Origin: a virus
Lineage: Duplodnaviria > Caudoviricetes
Reading direction: 5' to 3' (one strand)
DNA length: 59,293 bases
IMG/VR virus record: IMGVR_UViG_3300029286_000042
Span: 1-59,293 of that record
Shown here: one piece after another, positions 1 to 9,510 of the stretch
Position numbering within the stretch: position 1 is the first letter of the stretch
How the letters are laid out: the number at the start of each line of letters is the position of its first letter
Notes under the pieces: model-generated
What the model was told of the DNA's origin: nothing
Database searches by the model: none
The model's input: the letters and a program-made list of their open reading frames with translations, nothing else
Position numbers and translations under genes: made by a program

Positions 1-739
1 CGACGACCCGCGGATTCGGATGGAGCACGAAGTAGAAGTCTGTGTCAGGATACTCCTCCGCGAGCAACCCGAGCGCCCGGGCGATCTCCTTCAACGCATC
101 GCCCTGCGACTCGCGCCGGTGCGCGGTGACGACGACGTACCGTCTCTCATCCACCACCGGGAACACGAGCGCCGGTACACGGTCGATCGCCATGAGCGTC
201 GCATCGACCTCTGTGTTACCCACCACAGAGATGAAGCTCCGCCCAATCCCTTCCGACACCAGAGCGTCAGCCGCGCGCTCCGTCGGTGCGAAGTGCAACA
301 GCGCGAGCTGCGCGATTAGCCGCCGGTTGATCTCCTCTGGGAACGGGTTGTCATCATCCCACGTCCGCAAGCCAGCCTCGACATGAGCGACCGAGATCTT
401 GAGGTAGCGAGCCGCAAGCGCCATCATCAGCGCACTCGTCGTGTCGCCTTGGACGATCCAGCACTCGGGCGACGCAGAGAAGTCCTGACCGAAAGCCCAC
501 TCCGCAACCTTCGACATGAGCCTGCCGGCGAGTTCGAGAAGTGTCTGATCCGGCGCCATCGCCCAGAGGTTGAAGTCCGGCACGAGGCCGATCGCCGCCT
601 CTGACGAGCGGAGGAGGGTCGAGTGCTGCCCCGTGCACAAGACGAACACCTTTGCCCCATCACACCGCAGGCGGTGGATGACCGGCCACAGCTTGTGAAG
701 CTCCGGGCGCGTTCCGTAGGACACGATGAAGTCGCGCAC
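1..739 (-). CDS. wecB: UDP-N-acetylglucosamine 2-epimerase (non-hydrolysing, WecB family), 3' end runs off the window
   Basis: Not in the ORF track; my translation from GTG at 739 gives MRDFIVSYGTRPELHKLWP..CTGQH..VQGDTTSA..HVEAGLRT..PFPEEINRRL..HFAPT..GNT..VTAHRRES, the signature motifs of WecB. Confidence 0.92.
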   Translation of the reverse strand, partial: MRDFIVSYGTRPELHKLWPVIHRLRCDGAKVFVLCTGQHSTLLRSSEAAIGLVPDFNLWAMAPDQTLLELAGRLMSKVAEWAFGQDFSASPECWIVQGDTTSALMMALAARYLKISVAHVEAGLRTWDDDNPFPEEINRRLIAQLALLHFAPTERAADALVSEGIGRSFISVVGNTEVDATLMAIDRVPALVFPVVDERRYVVVTAHRRESQGDALKEIARALGLLAEEYPDTDFYFVLHPNPRVV

Positions 740-740
740 G

Positions 741-1646
741 TCACCCCCCGCCGAGCTTCCTCAGCACCTCAAACGCCGTGCCCACTCGCTCGCGGAGCGA
801 CTTCTTCTGGATACGCCCCGAGTAGAGCGCCATCCGCCTCTCGCCATCAGACACCGGATAGCTCTGCGCCGCATCGAAGACCAGCGCCGCCCCTCCCTGG
901 ACCTCCTTCCGCAAGGCGAGCGCCGCATCCGGCAAGTCCGCCGCGGACTCCAGCCGCATGAACGTGATGTCCGGGCACGCGAAGCGCACCGCCGCCTCTG
1001 GCGCCTGTTCTGCCGGGAAGATGCCCTTCAGCGCATTGACCCGGTGAACGTACGGCTGGTCGGCGAGCGACTGCCCATCCACCGACACCAAGTCGAAGGC
1101 CGTGAGAAGGGTCGCCCCTTCCTTCGTCAGCGCCGTGCACTCCATCACACACTCGGCGCAACCGAACCCCTGCAAGGCGGCGATGAGCCCATCAGACGGG
1201 TACGCCTTCGGATCGCCCTCCACCCGCAGCCGGTTCGGGAAGATCCAGTCGACGAGAAGCCGCGTACCCGCGACATTCTTCACGACCGCGACAAGCCCCT
1301 CGCCTCCCTCCCACGACCCGAGCACCGCTCGCAGCGCCCCCTCTTCCTGCCCCTTGACGAAGATCGGCTCCTCGTTCAGCGCCGTTGTCGCGCACTCGAC
1401 GCCGGCCTCCTCGACCGCCTTCCGCACGTCGCCCTCGATCCCCCGAGCCTCCAGCCGCGCGACCTGCATCTTCTGGCAGAGCGCCGCGACATCTTCCGCC
1501 GTCAGGTCCGCACCGAGGTCGTTGGTGATGGTCCGCTCCTCACCATTCGCCAACGTGACGACAAAGCGCGGAGCCCCCTTCACTGACTCCGCCAACTCCT
1601 CACCCTCGCCACTGAACGCGCGTAGTACTACCTTCCCCGTCGTCAC
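741..1646 (-). CDS. Protein with degenerate ATP-dependent DNA ligase adenylation-like domain
   Basis: AFDLVSVDGQSLADQPYVHRVNAL resembles ligase motif IIIa (FDxLxxDGxxLxxxPxxxR..L); no KxDG motif I; GTG start overlaps upstream stop. Confidence 0.5.
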   Translation of the reverse strand: MTTGKVVLRAFSGEGEELAESVKGAPRFVVTLANGEERTITNDLGADLTAEDVAALCQKMQVARLEARGIEGDVRKAVEEAGVECATTALNEEPIFVKGQEEGALRAVLGSWEGGEGLVAVVKNVAGTRLLVDWIFPNRLRVEGDPKAYPSDGLIAALQGFGCAECVMECTALTKEGATLLTAFDLVSVDGQSLADQPYVHRVNALKGIFPAEQAPEAAVRFACPDITFMRLESAADLPDAALALRKEVQGGAALVFDAAQSYPVSDGERRMALYSGRIQKKSLRERVGTAFEVLRKLGGG

Positions 1647-1918
1647 TTGTGGTCGACCTCCTTCTTCCCCGCCCGCCGATTCATTGCCCCGGACAAGCCC
1701 CGTGTCACAAGAAGTAGAATAGCCGAAAGCGCACCCGCGAGTATGAAAGCGGCAACCGCCCACCAGAGCAAGAACGCCAGCAACCACTCGTCAGCGAACC
1801 ACGCGAACGGCTTCATCCCCTTGCCCCGCATCCATCGCACGAGGTGCGCAGTCAGCCGCCAGCCGACAACCCACGCCACGAAGACGACGAGGAAGAGAGG
1901 GTGCGCAACGATGCTCAT
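1643..1918 (-). CDS. Small membrane protein (2 TM)
   Basis: Two hydrophobic stretches; start/stop overlaps with neighbours. Confidence 0.6.
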   Translation of the reverse strand: MSIVAHPLFLVVFVAWVVGWRLTAHLVRWMRGKGMKPFAWFADEWLLAFLLWWAVAAFILAGALSAILLLVTRGLSGAMNRRAGKKEVDHK

Positions 1919-2349
1919 CGGTCCGCAGGTGCCTTCTCCACCGCCGGGATGAGGACAGAGGAGAGCCCCTCATCCGTCAGCACGAGCCGCGTCAGCGCCT
2001 CCTCACCCGCCATCCACTTCGGGAACCCCGCCGCCACCAGCCCCCGGAAGACAATCCGCACCGTCCCGCGGCTCGGACGCTCTTCGACCGCGACCACGGA
2101 TTCGGCTGGCACCTCAAGTGCAAACCGCCCGATGCTCAGATCCTCAAGCGCGAAGCGCCCCTTCCTCTCCGGCACGCAACCGTCAGGCAGCTTGAAGTGT
2201 GTCGGGGTGAGATCACCCAGCGGCACGCGCACCGGCTCCAGATCCGCGCCATTGCATGGAGTGAAGGTCACCAGCCCAACGCCATCGACCTCCATAGTCC
2301 CGAGAACATCTGTCCCCACCAGCCGCCAAACCCTTTGCATCCCTTGCAT
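1915..2349 (-). CDS. Hypothetical protein
   Basis: ORF with GGAGG RBS, coupled to downstream gene. Confidence 0.6.
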   Translation of the reverse strand: MQGMQRVWRLVGTDVLGTMEVDGVGLVTFTPCNGADLEPVRVPLGDLTPTHFKLPDGCVPERKGRFALEDLSIGRFALEVPAESVVAVEERPSRGTVRIVFRGLVAAGFPKWMAGEEALTRLVLTDEGLSSVLIPAVEKAPADR

Positions 2350-2898
2350 CCCTCGTCCCTCCTCCGCTCTACTTCTTCTGCTCCACTACCCGATGCCGAC
2401 ACGCGTCGCTACGCGGACACATCTCCGCCCGACAGATCGCTCCGCCCGCTCGCCACTCCTCCACCGTCTGGCCGCCAGTGATCTGCCAGAGCTGCGGCAT
2501 GCCGTCGACGTGCACGATGTCACCCGGCCACACAATCCGAACGCGACGCGAGCCGACGCACGGACCTGCGATTGCCGGCGAGCGCCTGGCGCACCACCGC
2601 ACCGCGCACCGCCCGGCGTACCGCGCCCAGATGACGAGCTGGACCTCCCACCACTTCGCGCGGCGGAACGCCCGCCAGCCCTCCCCCGGCCTCGTCGTCT
2701 CGACGATCCGCCGGCGCCTCGATTCCTGAGTCTTCGGGAGTCCCCCAGTATCCATCCGCAACACACCTCCCACCACACGCCCGATGCACCTACCATTCGC
2801 GAAGAGGCCGCCCGATGTGATGCGGTAGACATCGCCTCCAGGTACATCACCCGTCGACGTCACGCACCCCTCGTCTCTTCTCTCCACCGCCCCACCCC

Positions 2899-3156
2899 CT
2901 ACAGCATCGAGGCCCCGATAGCCCCGTCCTTCAGCTCCCACCCGATCAGCCCCGGCTGTCCCGTCTCCTCACAGATATAGAAGTGCGTGACCTCGAGCAT
3001 CCCCGGATTGCTCAGCTTGAGGAATTGCGTCGGCGCGTGGTGCGTCTTCCCACACCTCCGGCACCCGACAAGCTCCGAGATCGTCACGCAGGGAGTCGTC
3101 CGAATGTGTTGCAGATCCTGTTCCGTCGCCTTCTCGCTTACCTTCTCTTCGTTCAC
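2899..3156 (-). CDS. Small Cys/His-containing hypothetical protein
   Basis: GTG start with RBS; CxxC and a later Cys. Confidence 0.5.
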   Translation of the reverse strand: MNEEKVSEKATEQDLQHIRTTPCVTISELVGCRRCGKTHHAPTQFLKLSNPGMLEVTHFYICEETGQPGLIGWELKDGAIGASML

Positions 3157-3170
3157 ATCCCCTCGCCTCC

Positions 3171-4433
3171 TTATTCCGCCCCGCGCTGTGCAAGTCTTGC
3201 CTTGGCGATCTCCACGTACTCCGCCTCGCGCTCGATCCCGACGACCTCTTCCCATCCAGCCTGTATCGCGCCGATCATCTCGGACCCGCTTCCCGCGAAC
3301 GGAACAAGCAGCCGCCTCGGCGCGGAGCACTCCGGCGGAAGGATCAGCGTCGCCAGGTAGCGCGTGATGGCGAGAGGCTTCACCGTAGGATGGTGATTAC
3401 GAGTACGGCTCGTCGTGTTCAGTCCGTTCGACGTTTCGGCACGAGAGATCTCTTCCCCGCGACCGTCCTTCGCCTGTGCCATGTTCGAGCGTGCCAGCAC
3501 ACGCATTGGAAGTCCGTCAAGGCCCGCCTCGCGCTCGGAACGCGACGCCTTAGCGCAGTAGAAGAACCGCGCGGCGGATCCAGGTTCGATGTAACGCGCC
3601 GTCGTCGCCCCATCCGCCCTGCCAAAGCAGGCGTGTTTCCCGAAGGCACCTCCATGCACTGGTGTGGCATGCGCTCGTCCAACGCTCTGCGGGAACAACG
3701 CCAACACCTCCGCGCTGCCGTCGTGGATCAGGTTCGCAGGCCAGCGGCCATTGTTCTCGACTACGTCACTTAGCCCAACCCTGCACCCATCCACGTTGAT
3801 CCCCGCCACGCCATGCTTGAGCGCGGTTCCCGCAAACGTCCCGTCGAGAGGCTTCATCGCTACGATGATCGGCTCCCAGGCGGGCTTGAGAGCAGTCCCA
3901 TAGCCAGACCAGGCACGCGCGGCAACCGTTGCCGGCGCTGTGATAGCTGTCGTACCTCCAGGCTCGACCGCCCCCAAGCCACCGCTGTACGACACATCGT
4001 TGTTCGCCTTTCCCCCAGAGCAAGGAACGCCCCAACAGTCTGAATCCGGGTAACCGATAGGCCGATGCCCGATGACTTCTCGTTCTGCCCCCGCCGCCTT
4101 GTCAATCGCCTTCGAGATATCCAGCGACTTAGGGAAGCCCGACCCGTAGACCCACATCAGCGTGTCGCGGATCTCAAGCCCCGCATCCTCCAGCGCGCAC
4201 GCCAGCCGATGCCAGGTCCGCGTGCCGCCGAACGCCAACACCATCGCGCCAGGCAGCAGATGCTCGGACAGCGCCGCCCACGTCTCAGGTTGGAAACTTA
4301 CTCCCTGCGCGTCCCACTTCTTGCCCATGAAGCCAAGCTCGTAAGGCGGATCGCAGAGCAAAGCATGGAACGGCGGACCAGAATAGTCTCGCGCCCAGCC
4401 AAGGACATCGACTGTGTGGATGGTGACGCTCAC
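3171..4433 (-). CDS. DNA methyltransferase (N6-adenine/N4-cytosine, beta class)
   Basis: CDPPY catalytic motif, GSGFPKS, ALKPAWEPI, GRWPAN, ARFFYCAK, HPTVKP, PFAGSGS SAM-binding motif. Confidence 0.93.
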   Translation of the reverse strand: MSVTIHTVDVLGWARDYSGPPFHALLCDPPYELGFMGKKWDAQGVSFQPETWAALSEHLLPGAMVLAFGGTRTWHRLACALEDAGLEIRDTLMWVYGSGFPKSLDISKAIDKAAGAEREVIGHRPIGYPDSDCWGVPCSGGKANNDVSYSGGLGAVEPGGTTAITAPATVAARAWSGYGTALKPAWEPIIVAMKPLDGTFAGTALKHGVAGINVDGCRVGLSDVVENNGRWPANLIHDGSAEVLALFPQSVGRAHATPVHGGAFGKHACFGRADGATTARYIEPGSAARFFYCAKASRSEREAGLDGLPMRVLARSNMAQAKDGRGEEISRAETSNGLNTTSRTRNHHPTVKPLAITRYLATLILPPECSAPRRLLVPFAGSGSEMIGAIQAGWEEVVGIEREAEYVEIAKARLAQRGAE

Positions 4434-4870
4434 TCCACCAGCCCTCCCCTGACCGCACTCAGCGCCACACCATCCGGCGCCTCCCAGTTCCAGTCGTCCA
4501 GCTCGGTGACCGTGACCTCGACTCGCGGTCGGTCCTTCGAATAGCCCTTGACGAAGCAGTTCTCGACGACGTGGTGATCGTTCGAGATGACACGCGCCTG
4601 CTGAAGCGCATCGAGCAGCAACTCCACCGACAAGTCGCCGCGCAGCCGCCACGGGTAGTAGACGATGCCGACGACTGACAGCGGATGCCCTTCAGAGCCG
4701 AGGCTCATCTTCAAGTCCGCAGGCACCTGGAAGGCCACGGCAGCGACGTAGGAGATTGCCGCCTCCGACTTGATCGACATCGGCTTGCCGCGCCGGCCAC
4801 GAACGATCCGCCGCTCGTTCTCCTTCCGCGGCAGGTGCCCCGCGATCACAAGGTGGACCTTCCTCCCCAT
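4430..4870 (-). CDS. RusA-like Holliday junction resolvase
   Basis: PRKEN, RGDLS..LLLDALQ..VISND, PRVEVTV match the RusA pattern. Confidence 0.7.
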   Translation of the reverse strand: MGRKVHLVIAGHLPRKENERRIVRGRRGKPMSIKSEAAISYVAAVAFQVPADLKMSLGSEGHPLSVVGIVYYPWRLRGDLSVELLLDALQQARVISNDHHVVENCFVKGYSKDRPRVEVTVTELDDWNWEAPDGVALSAVRGGLVE

Positions 4871-5589
4871 CAGCTCGCCACCCACATCGCTGTCAGTTCG
4901 TGCGCCGTCACCTTCAGCAGAGGAGCTTCCTCTTCCCCCTCGACCAAGAAGGTGCGGCGATCCTCCCGCCACTCCTCCACCCTGTTCCTGTGATCACGGA
5001 AGGCCGAGGCAAACGTCTCGAAGTCGCAAATCGGCGACGCCCCGTACTTCGCATTGAGCCCGCGAACGAGCGGCGCTACCAACACCGGACCAAGCTGGCG
5101 CCGAGCGACCATCTGCACTACGTCGGATGTCACCGGATCGACACCCATCAGCTCAAGTCCGCGTGCCGAGAGACAGAACAGCGCGTCGAGCCAAGCCACT
5201 TCCCACTGGCCCTCGACGAACTCCAGGAACCGTTCGACCGTCCCGAACCTCTCAGCCAAGAAGACGTTCGTCCCCCGCGTCACCTTATCGAGCGGCGCCG
5301 CATGGTTGTCGACCCAGAAGAGTTCTGGCGCATACGTCGGCCCGAGAATCGGCGGCGTCCGCGACTGGTTGACCGCTTGGCTCATCGTCACCCGGTTGAT
5401 CGCCAGCTTGTCGCCGAACACCACTTCCCGCAACGGCAGCAGCAGCTCAGGCTGGAGGAATCGAGTGCCGAGCATCCCGTCGCCGATCCCAGCCCCCGCC
5501 GCGATGCGCTGGTGGTGAACTTCCCCGATGACCTCCACCGGCTCCCTGAGCCACGCGAGGTCGATCAGGAAGCTGTAGAAGCGGCACAC
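4870..5589 (-). CDS. Hypothetical protein
   Basis: 239-aa ORF coupled to neighbours. Confidence 0.6.
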   Translation of the reverse strand: MCRFYSFLIDLAWLREPVEVIGEVHHQRIAAGAGIGDGMLGTRFLQPELLLPLREVVFGDKLAINRVTMSQAVNQSRTPPILGPTYAPELFWVDNHAAPLDKVTRGTNVFLAERFGTVERFLEFVEGQWEVAWLDALFCLSARGLELMGVDPVTSDVVQMVARRQLGPVLVAPLVRGLNAKYGASPICDFETFASAFRDHRNRVEEWREDRRTFLVEGEEEAPLLKVTAHELTAMWVAS

Positions 5590-5969
5590 GGCGCCCCCTC
5601 CTCAATCGGAGCCGGCTGCTCGCCAGGCAAAGCGAACGTCGCGACCTTCGGCCCTTCCCCGAGCAGCTCCTCAACCTGCACCACCGACCCGGCGAATCCC
5701 AACCAGACGTCGCCGACCGCCAGCTTCCCACGGTGCACGATCGACCAGTTGCCTACGCACTGGCATGGAGTCACCCTCCCCCGCTGGACATCCCATCCCC
5801 CGTGGCCGCGACCGTAGCACAGCCCACACTTCGGCGAAGGCAAGCGCGTCACCTTGAACACGTAGTCGCGGAAGAAGACCTCGGCGCCGACCGTCTCCTT
5901 GAGCCTCTGCTCCTGGTAGGCGATGCGCCGCCACTCTGCCTGCTGCTCCTTCCTGCTACGCTGAGCCAT
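5565..5969 (-). CDS. Hypothetical protein with CxxCxGxG...CxC zinc-finger motif
   Basis: CGLCYGRG...PCQC; ATG at 5969 with GGAGG RBS. Confidence 0.55.
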   Translation of the reverse strand: MAQRSRKEQQAEWRRIAYQEQRLKETVGAEVFFRDYVFKVTRLPSPKCGLCYGRGHGGWDVQRGRVTPCQCVGNWSIVHRGKLAVGDVWLGFAGSVVQVEELLGEGPKVATFALPGEQPAPIEEGAPCAASTAS

Positions 5970-6711
5970 GTCCTCCCCTCCACACCTTCCGAACGAGGCA
6001 ACCAGCCACCGGGCGCCCACCCTGAGTCCGAATGACATCCGCCGGCGGTTCGCCTTCCGGCACCAGCGCCTTGACCTTCTGGCAGGCGTCGACCGTCGCC
6101 ACGAGAATGCCCCCAGGGCGCAGTACGCGAAGGCACTCAGAGAGCGCCGATTGCAGATCCTCGCGGAGTAGGTGCTCGAATACCGAGATCGCAAAGACCG
6201 CGTCGAACATCTCCCCGGCGAACGTCATCGCCGTCATATCGCCGTGCACGAAATGGATACCGCGCGGTGCGAGACGGTCGGCGAGTGGCTCCTTCGTCTC
6301 CCACGACTCGTTGTCGAGCGCCCACACCTCCAGCGTGCGCCCCTCCCCAACCGCGACAAGACGGCGCCGCGACTCCGTGAGGCGAAGGGAGAGCGAGGCC
6401 AGGAACAAGGTGAATGGGCGGTAACCACACCCGACGTCAAGCACCCGGAGCGGCGAACCTCCCGTTCGCCCGTACGACTGCCAGAGCATCTCGACCGCGT
6501 ACCCGTACTCCCAGCGGCGCGTCGCCATGAAGTCCGAGTCGATGTCGAACGCCTTAGCCGTCTCCCCGTCGAGCTGCTCGGCCGCGATCAGCCGCTTGTA
6601 CCGGCGCATGTCGCTAGTCGTCGAGGCGAAGGTATCGCCCAAGAGGTCGCCAGGCACCGCCCAGACGCGCTCCACACCTTCTGGCAGCGCCAGGAGCGGC
6701 CCGCCGTTCAC
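5956..6711 (-). CDS. Class I SAM-dependent methyltransferase (Methyltransf_11-like)
   Basis: RRWEY, VLDVGCG, GDMT, FDAVFAISVFEHL, RVLRPGG. Confidence 0.88.
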   Translation of the reverse strand: MNGGPLLALPEGVERVWAVPGDLLGDTFASTTSDMRRYKRLIAAEQLDGETAKAFDIDSDFMATRRWEYGYAVEMLWQSYGRTGGSPLRVLDVGCGYRPFTLFLASLSLRLTESRRRLVAVGEGRTLEVWALDNESWETKEPLADRLAPRGIHFVHGDMTAMTFAGEMFDAVFAISVFEHLLREDLQSALSECLRVLRPGGILVATVDACQKVKALVPEGEPPADVIRTQGGRPVAGCLVRKVWRGGHGSA

Positions 6712-6983
6712 CCTTCCACCCCATCGACCCGCAACGAGAACGACCCCGATACCCTGTAGAGCACCTTCTTCGGCTCGCACTCGCGGTCAGGTAGCCCGAC
6801 GTAAGCCACCTCCAGCAGCGCCGGCCCGCCTGCCGCCTCTGCGAGTAGCGCCAGCGACTGGATCGCGCGCCCGCCATCCTCCAGCGCCCCGTCGACCCGC
6901 AACGTGACCCCACCAACCTCGCACTGCACGTCGAGCGTCTGACCCTTCACCAGCTCCCGCGCTTTGTTTCCTTCGCCCGCCAT
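6708..6983 (-). CDS. Hypothetical protein
   Basis: Coupled ORF. Confidence 0.5.
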   Translation of the reverse strand: MAGEGNKARELVKGQTLDVQCEVGGVTLRVDGALEDGGRAIQSLALLAEAAGGPALLEVAYVGLPDRECEPKKVLYRVSGSFSLRVDGVEG

Positions 6984-7004
6984 CTTGTCACCCCTTGAGT
7001 CGCG

Positions 7005-7214
7005 CTATTCTCTCGGCGCGAAGGTGATCCCATGATCGCCACGCACCCTCTTCTTGTGGAGGTCCTTTCCTTCCCATATCGCAGCCGGGATCAGTCCAAC
7101 GAACGCCTTGCAGCGCCTTCGCCCTTGCTGATGCAGGCACGCCCCGCACACCGGACTGTACGCCGGGAGCGACAACTCCTTGTCATCTATCCCGACGCCC
7201 TTCATTTTGCGCAT
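7005..7214 (-). CDS. Small Cys/His-rich protein downstream of MuF (candidate partner/immunity protein)
   Basis: CxxCxH..CKAF..IP..IWEG..H..GDHGI.F pattern; position directly after MuF. Confidence 0.6.
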   Translation of the reverse strand: MRKMKGVGIDDKELSLPAYSPVCGACLHQQGRRRCKAFVGLIPAAIWEGKDLHKKRVRGDHGITFAPRE

Positions 7215-7244
7215 GCTTGCCCCCTAGGCTCGCAGGCTATTCTA

Positions 7245-9017
7245 TCACGCTTCGTGGAACTCCACTCGGTAGTCGAGATTGAACTTCTTCGCCAACTCTT
7301 CCCACACTCTGTGCCAGTACGAACGATTCGCCTCTTGCATCCTCACGGCTCTCTGCTCACCAACAAAGGTCGGCACGTCAATCGCCTGCACCTTCTTTTC
7401 GGCAAGCGCGATCTCCTGCTCCAAGTCCTTGATCGAGCCCAGGTTTTGCGACCCCATGACGTAAGTGCGGTCCTTGCCGACGGCGCGGATCTCCTTCGTC
7501 CCGGCTTTGCGCGCCAGCTTTATGTCATCGATCGAGAACGACTGGCCGTACTTATCCCACTCAGCGTTGTATTGCCAGCCGGGATGGTTGTGCGTGAGCG
7601 TCGCACCTCTCAGCTTCGCCATATCAGCAGGCGGAATCGCGCACGAGTCACGCCCACCCTTGAGGTGCGTGAGGACCTTCCCGCGCTCGTCGACAACGAC
7701 AACGTGCTCGATAGGAGCCGTTCGGATCTCCCACTCGGCCGTGCCGAGCGCCCTTTCGTACGCACGCGCAGCCACCTCGCCGCCCTTCCCCCCACCGACG
7801 CCCAGCACCTCCGACACCGTCGACGCCCCCGGCGTAGGCTTCTCCCACGACCACTGGAGATCTTCCTTCGTCGGCGCCGGCTGGAGCTTGAGCCCACGAT
7901 CTTCGAGCTTCTTCCTCTCCGATTCCGGGATCATGCTCTGGAGGCGCGGCATGTCCTCTGGCACCAGGTAGATCGTACAGCGGCAGTGTGGGTGAGCGGG
8001 CGGCGCATCATCACCCGACGCGAACGGCTCCTTCAGCTCGACACCCTGCCCATCGAGGCCAATGCAGATGTCGCACGTCCGCTCGTCGTAGGCGATCATC
8101 CAGAACTTCTTAGTGCCGGTACGCGCGAAGATCCCTTCATCCTGAAGCTGGCGCCATCCCTCAAGCTCGCCCTGATTGGACGCCCGGATGAGTTCGGTAC
8201 GCGCGATCATCCGCGCCCGGTAGTTGATGAGCTTCTCGTTGTACCGAGCGATGCGCCGCTCCGCAATCTCCGCCGGCAGGTTCCCGTAGGCATTCTCCGC
8301 GAACCGCCGCAGAGCAATCGCCTGCCGCCCGGTGACGCCGATTGACCCCCGGATCAGCGCCGCGGTCTGGTCGACCGACAGCCCTTCCCTGTAGGCCGTC
8401 GACAGCATCTTGCGAAGGCCATCCCTCGTCTCGTCGGTGATCGCCGTGACGAGCTTCGCGCCGTACGTCTCAATGAAGTGCTGGGAGCGCGGGTTGGTGA
8501 CCTTGAAGCTCAAGGCCTCGCCACTCCACTCCTTGACCGCACCGTTGCCCGCCTTCCGAAACTGAGCAAGGCGCGACTCTTCGATGTCGTCGAGTAACGG
8601 CTTAGCGATACCGTGCTCCCACTCCACCTGATCCGCGATCAGGATCGGGGTGCCACTCTCGATCGCCGTCTTGATGTCCGAGTTCGAGAGGAGATCCTTC
8701 TGCCCGTTGAAGATCGAGGCGACCTTCGCCGTGAGCTTGTCCTCATCCGCCGCCGTCGGCCCGGCCTTGTGGACCTCGACGACCTGGCCATCTCGCCAGA
8801 AGAAGACCGCAGCGCCCTTCGGCGGGTTCTGCGGCTCCCCGAGCTTCTTGTAGGCTAGACCCCCACGAACGAGAACGTCTGGGCGCACGAGCAACGAGAT
8901 TGGGAGAGAGCGGCGAACCTCGGCCGAAGACCCTTCCGGGTGCAGGGCAAGGATTCTCTGCGAGTCCTTCGGCTGTCCGAAGCGGAAGTACAAGCCGTGC
9001 GTGTAGCCGAGGCCCAT
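7245..9017 (-). CDS. Head morphogenesis protein (MuF/SPP1 gp7-like) with C-terminal JAB/MPN-like extension
   Basis: RARMIARTE, DERTCDIC..LDG, PPAHPHCRC (MuF); C-terminal EH..THNHPG..SFS..DI; follows portal. Confidence 0.88.
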   Translation of the reverse strand: MGLGYTHGLYFRFGQPKDSQRILALHPEGSSAEVRRSLPISLLVRPDVLVRGGLAYKKLGEPQNPPKGAAVFFWRDGQVVEVHKAGPTAADEDKLTAKVASIFNGQKDLLSNSDIKTAIESGTPILIADQVEWEHGIAKPLLDDIEESRLAQFRKAGNGAVKEWSGEALSFKVTNPRSQHFIETYGAKLVTAITDETRDGLRKMLSTAYREGLSVDQTAALIRGSIGVTGRQAIALRRFAENAYGNLPAEIAERRIARYNEKLINYRARMIARTELIRASNQGELEGWRQLQDEGIFARTGTKKFWMIAYDERTCDICIGLDGQGVELKEPFASGDDAPPAHPHCRCTIYLVPEDMPRLQSMIPESERKKLEDRGLKLQPAPTKEDLQWSWEKPTPGASTVSEVLGVGGGKGGEVAARAYERALGTAEWEIRTAPIEHVVVVDERGKVLTHLKGGRDSCAIPPADMAKLRGATLTHNHPGWQYNAEWDKYGQSFSIDDIKLARKAGTKEIRAVGKDRTYVMGSQNLGSIKDLEQEIALAEKKVQAIDVPTFVGEQRAVRMQEANRSYWHRVWEELAKKFNLDYRVEFHEA

Positions 9018-9033
9018 CCCCCTCCCCTCCCCC

Positions 9034-9510
9034 CTACTTCGGCACGATGAGCCCCGACCTCACCCAGCCGAGCGCACGCATCTGCCCCTCATCCAGCGCC
9101 CGGAGATCCATCGTCGGCGGAACATGCCAGAGCGCCGGCGCCAGGATGCCGCGCGTCGCCCAGAACTGCTCCCAGGACGCACTGATCGCCTGCCAGAGTT
9201 CCGGCGTGATCTCCCCGGTGAACACGACGACGTCGGTTGGCTTGAGGTTCAGGATCTTCGCCCCGCTCAGCTTCTCGAAGCCCTGCGCCAGCAGCTCTTG
9301 GAGCTTCATCACCTGGAGCCGAGCACCCTCCACCGCCGCCTGAATCTTCTCCTGCGACAGCTTAGGACCCGTCGGACCCGTGCCCCCAGTCGGCCCCGTC
9401 GCCGCGACCGCAGGCCCCCTTGCCCCAGCCGGCGCCCCTACTCCCTTCCCAAGCACCTCTGGCGTCCGCGCTTGCCCGCCTTCGAGATCAGATCTCAACT
9501 CTTCCGCCAT
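9034..9510 (-). CDS. Hypothetical protein with short GPT/GPA repeats
   Basis: ORF between portal and MuF. Confidence 0.6.
   Translation of the reverse strand: MAEELRSDLEGGQARTPEVLGKGVGAPAGARGPAVAATGPTGGTGPTGPKLSQEKIQAAVEGARLQVMKLQELLAQGFEKLSGAKILNLKPTDVVVFTGEITPELWQAISASWEQFWATRGILAPALWHVPPTMDLRALDEGQMRALGWVRSGLIVPK

Noticed and set aside
3171-4433. Inactive DNA methyltransferase (VPFAGSG instead of DPFxGSG)
   Set aside because: FxGxG and DPPY are intact; one substitution is not enough to call inactivation
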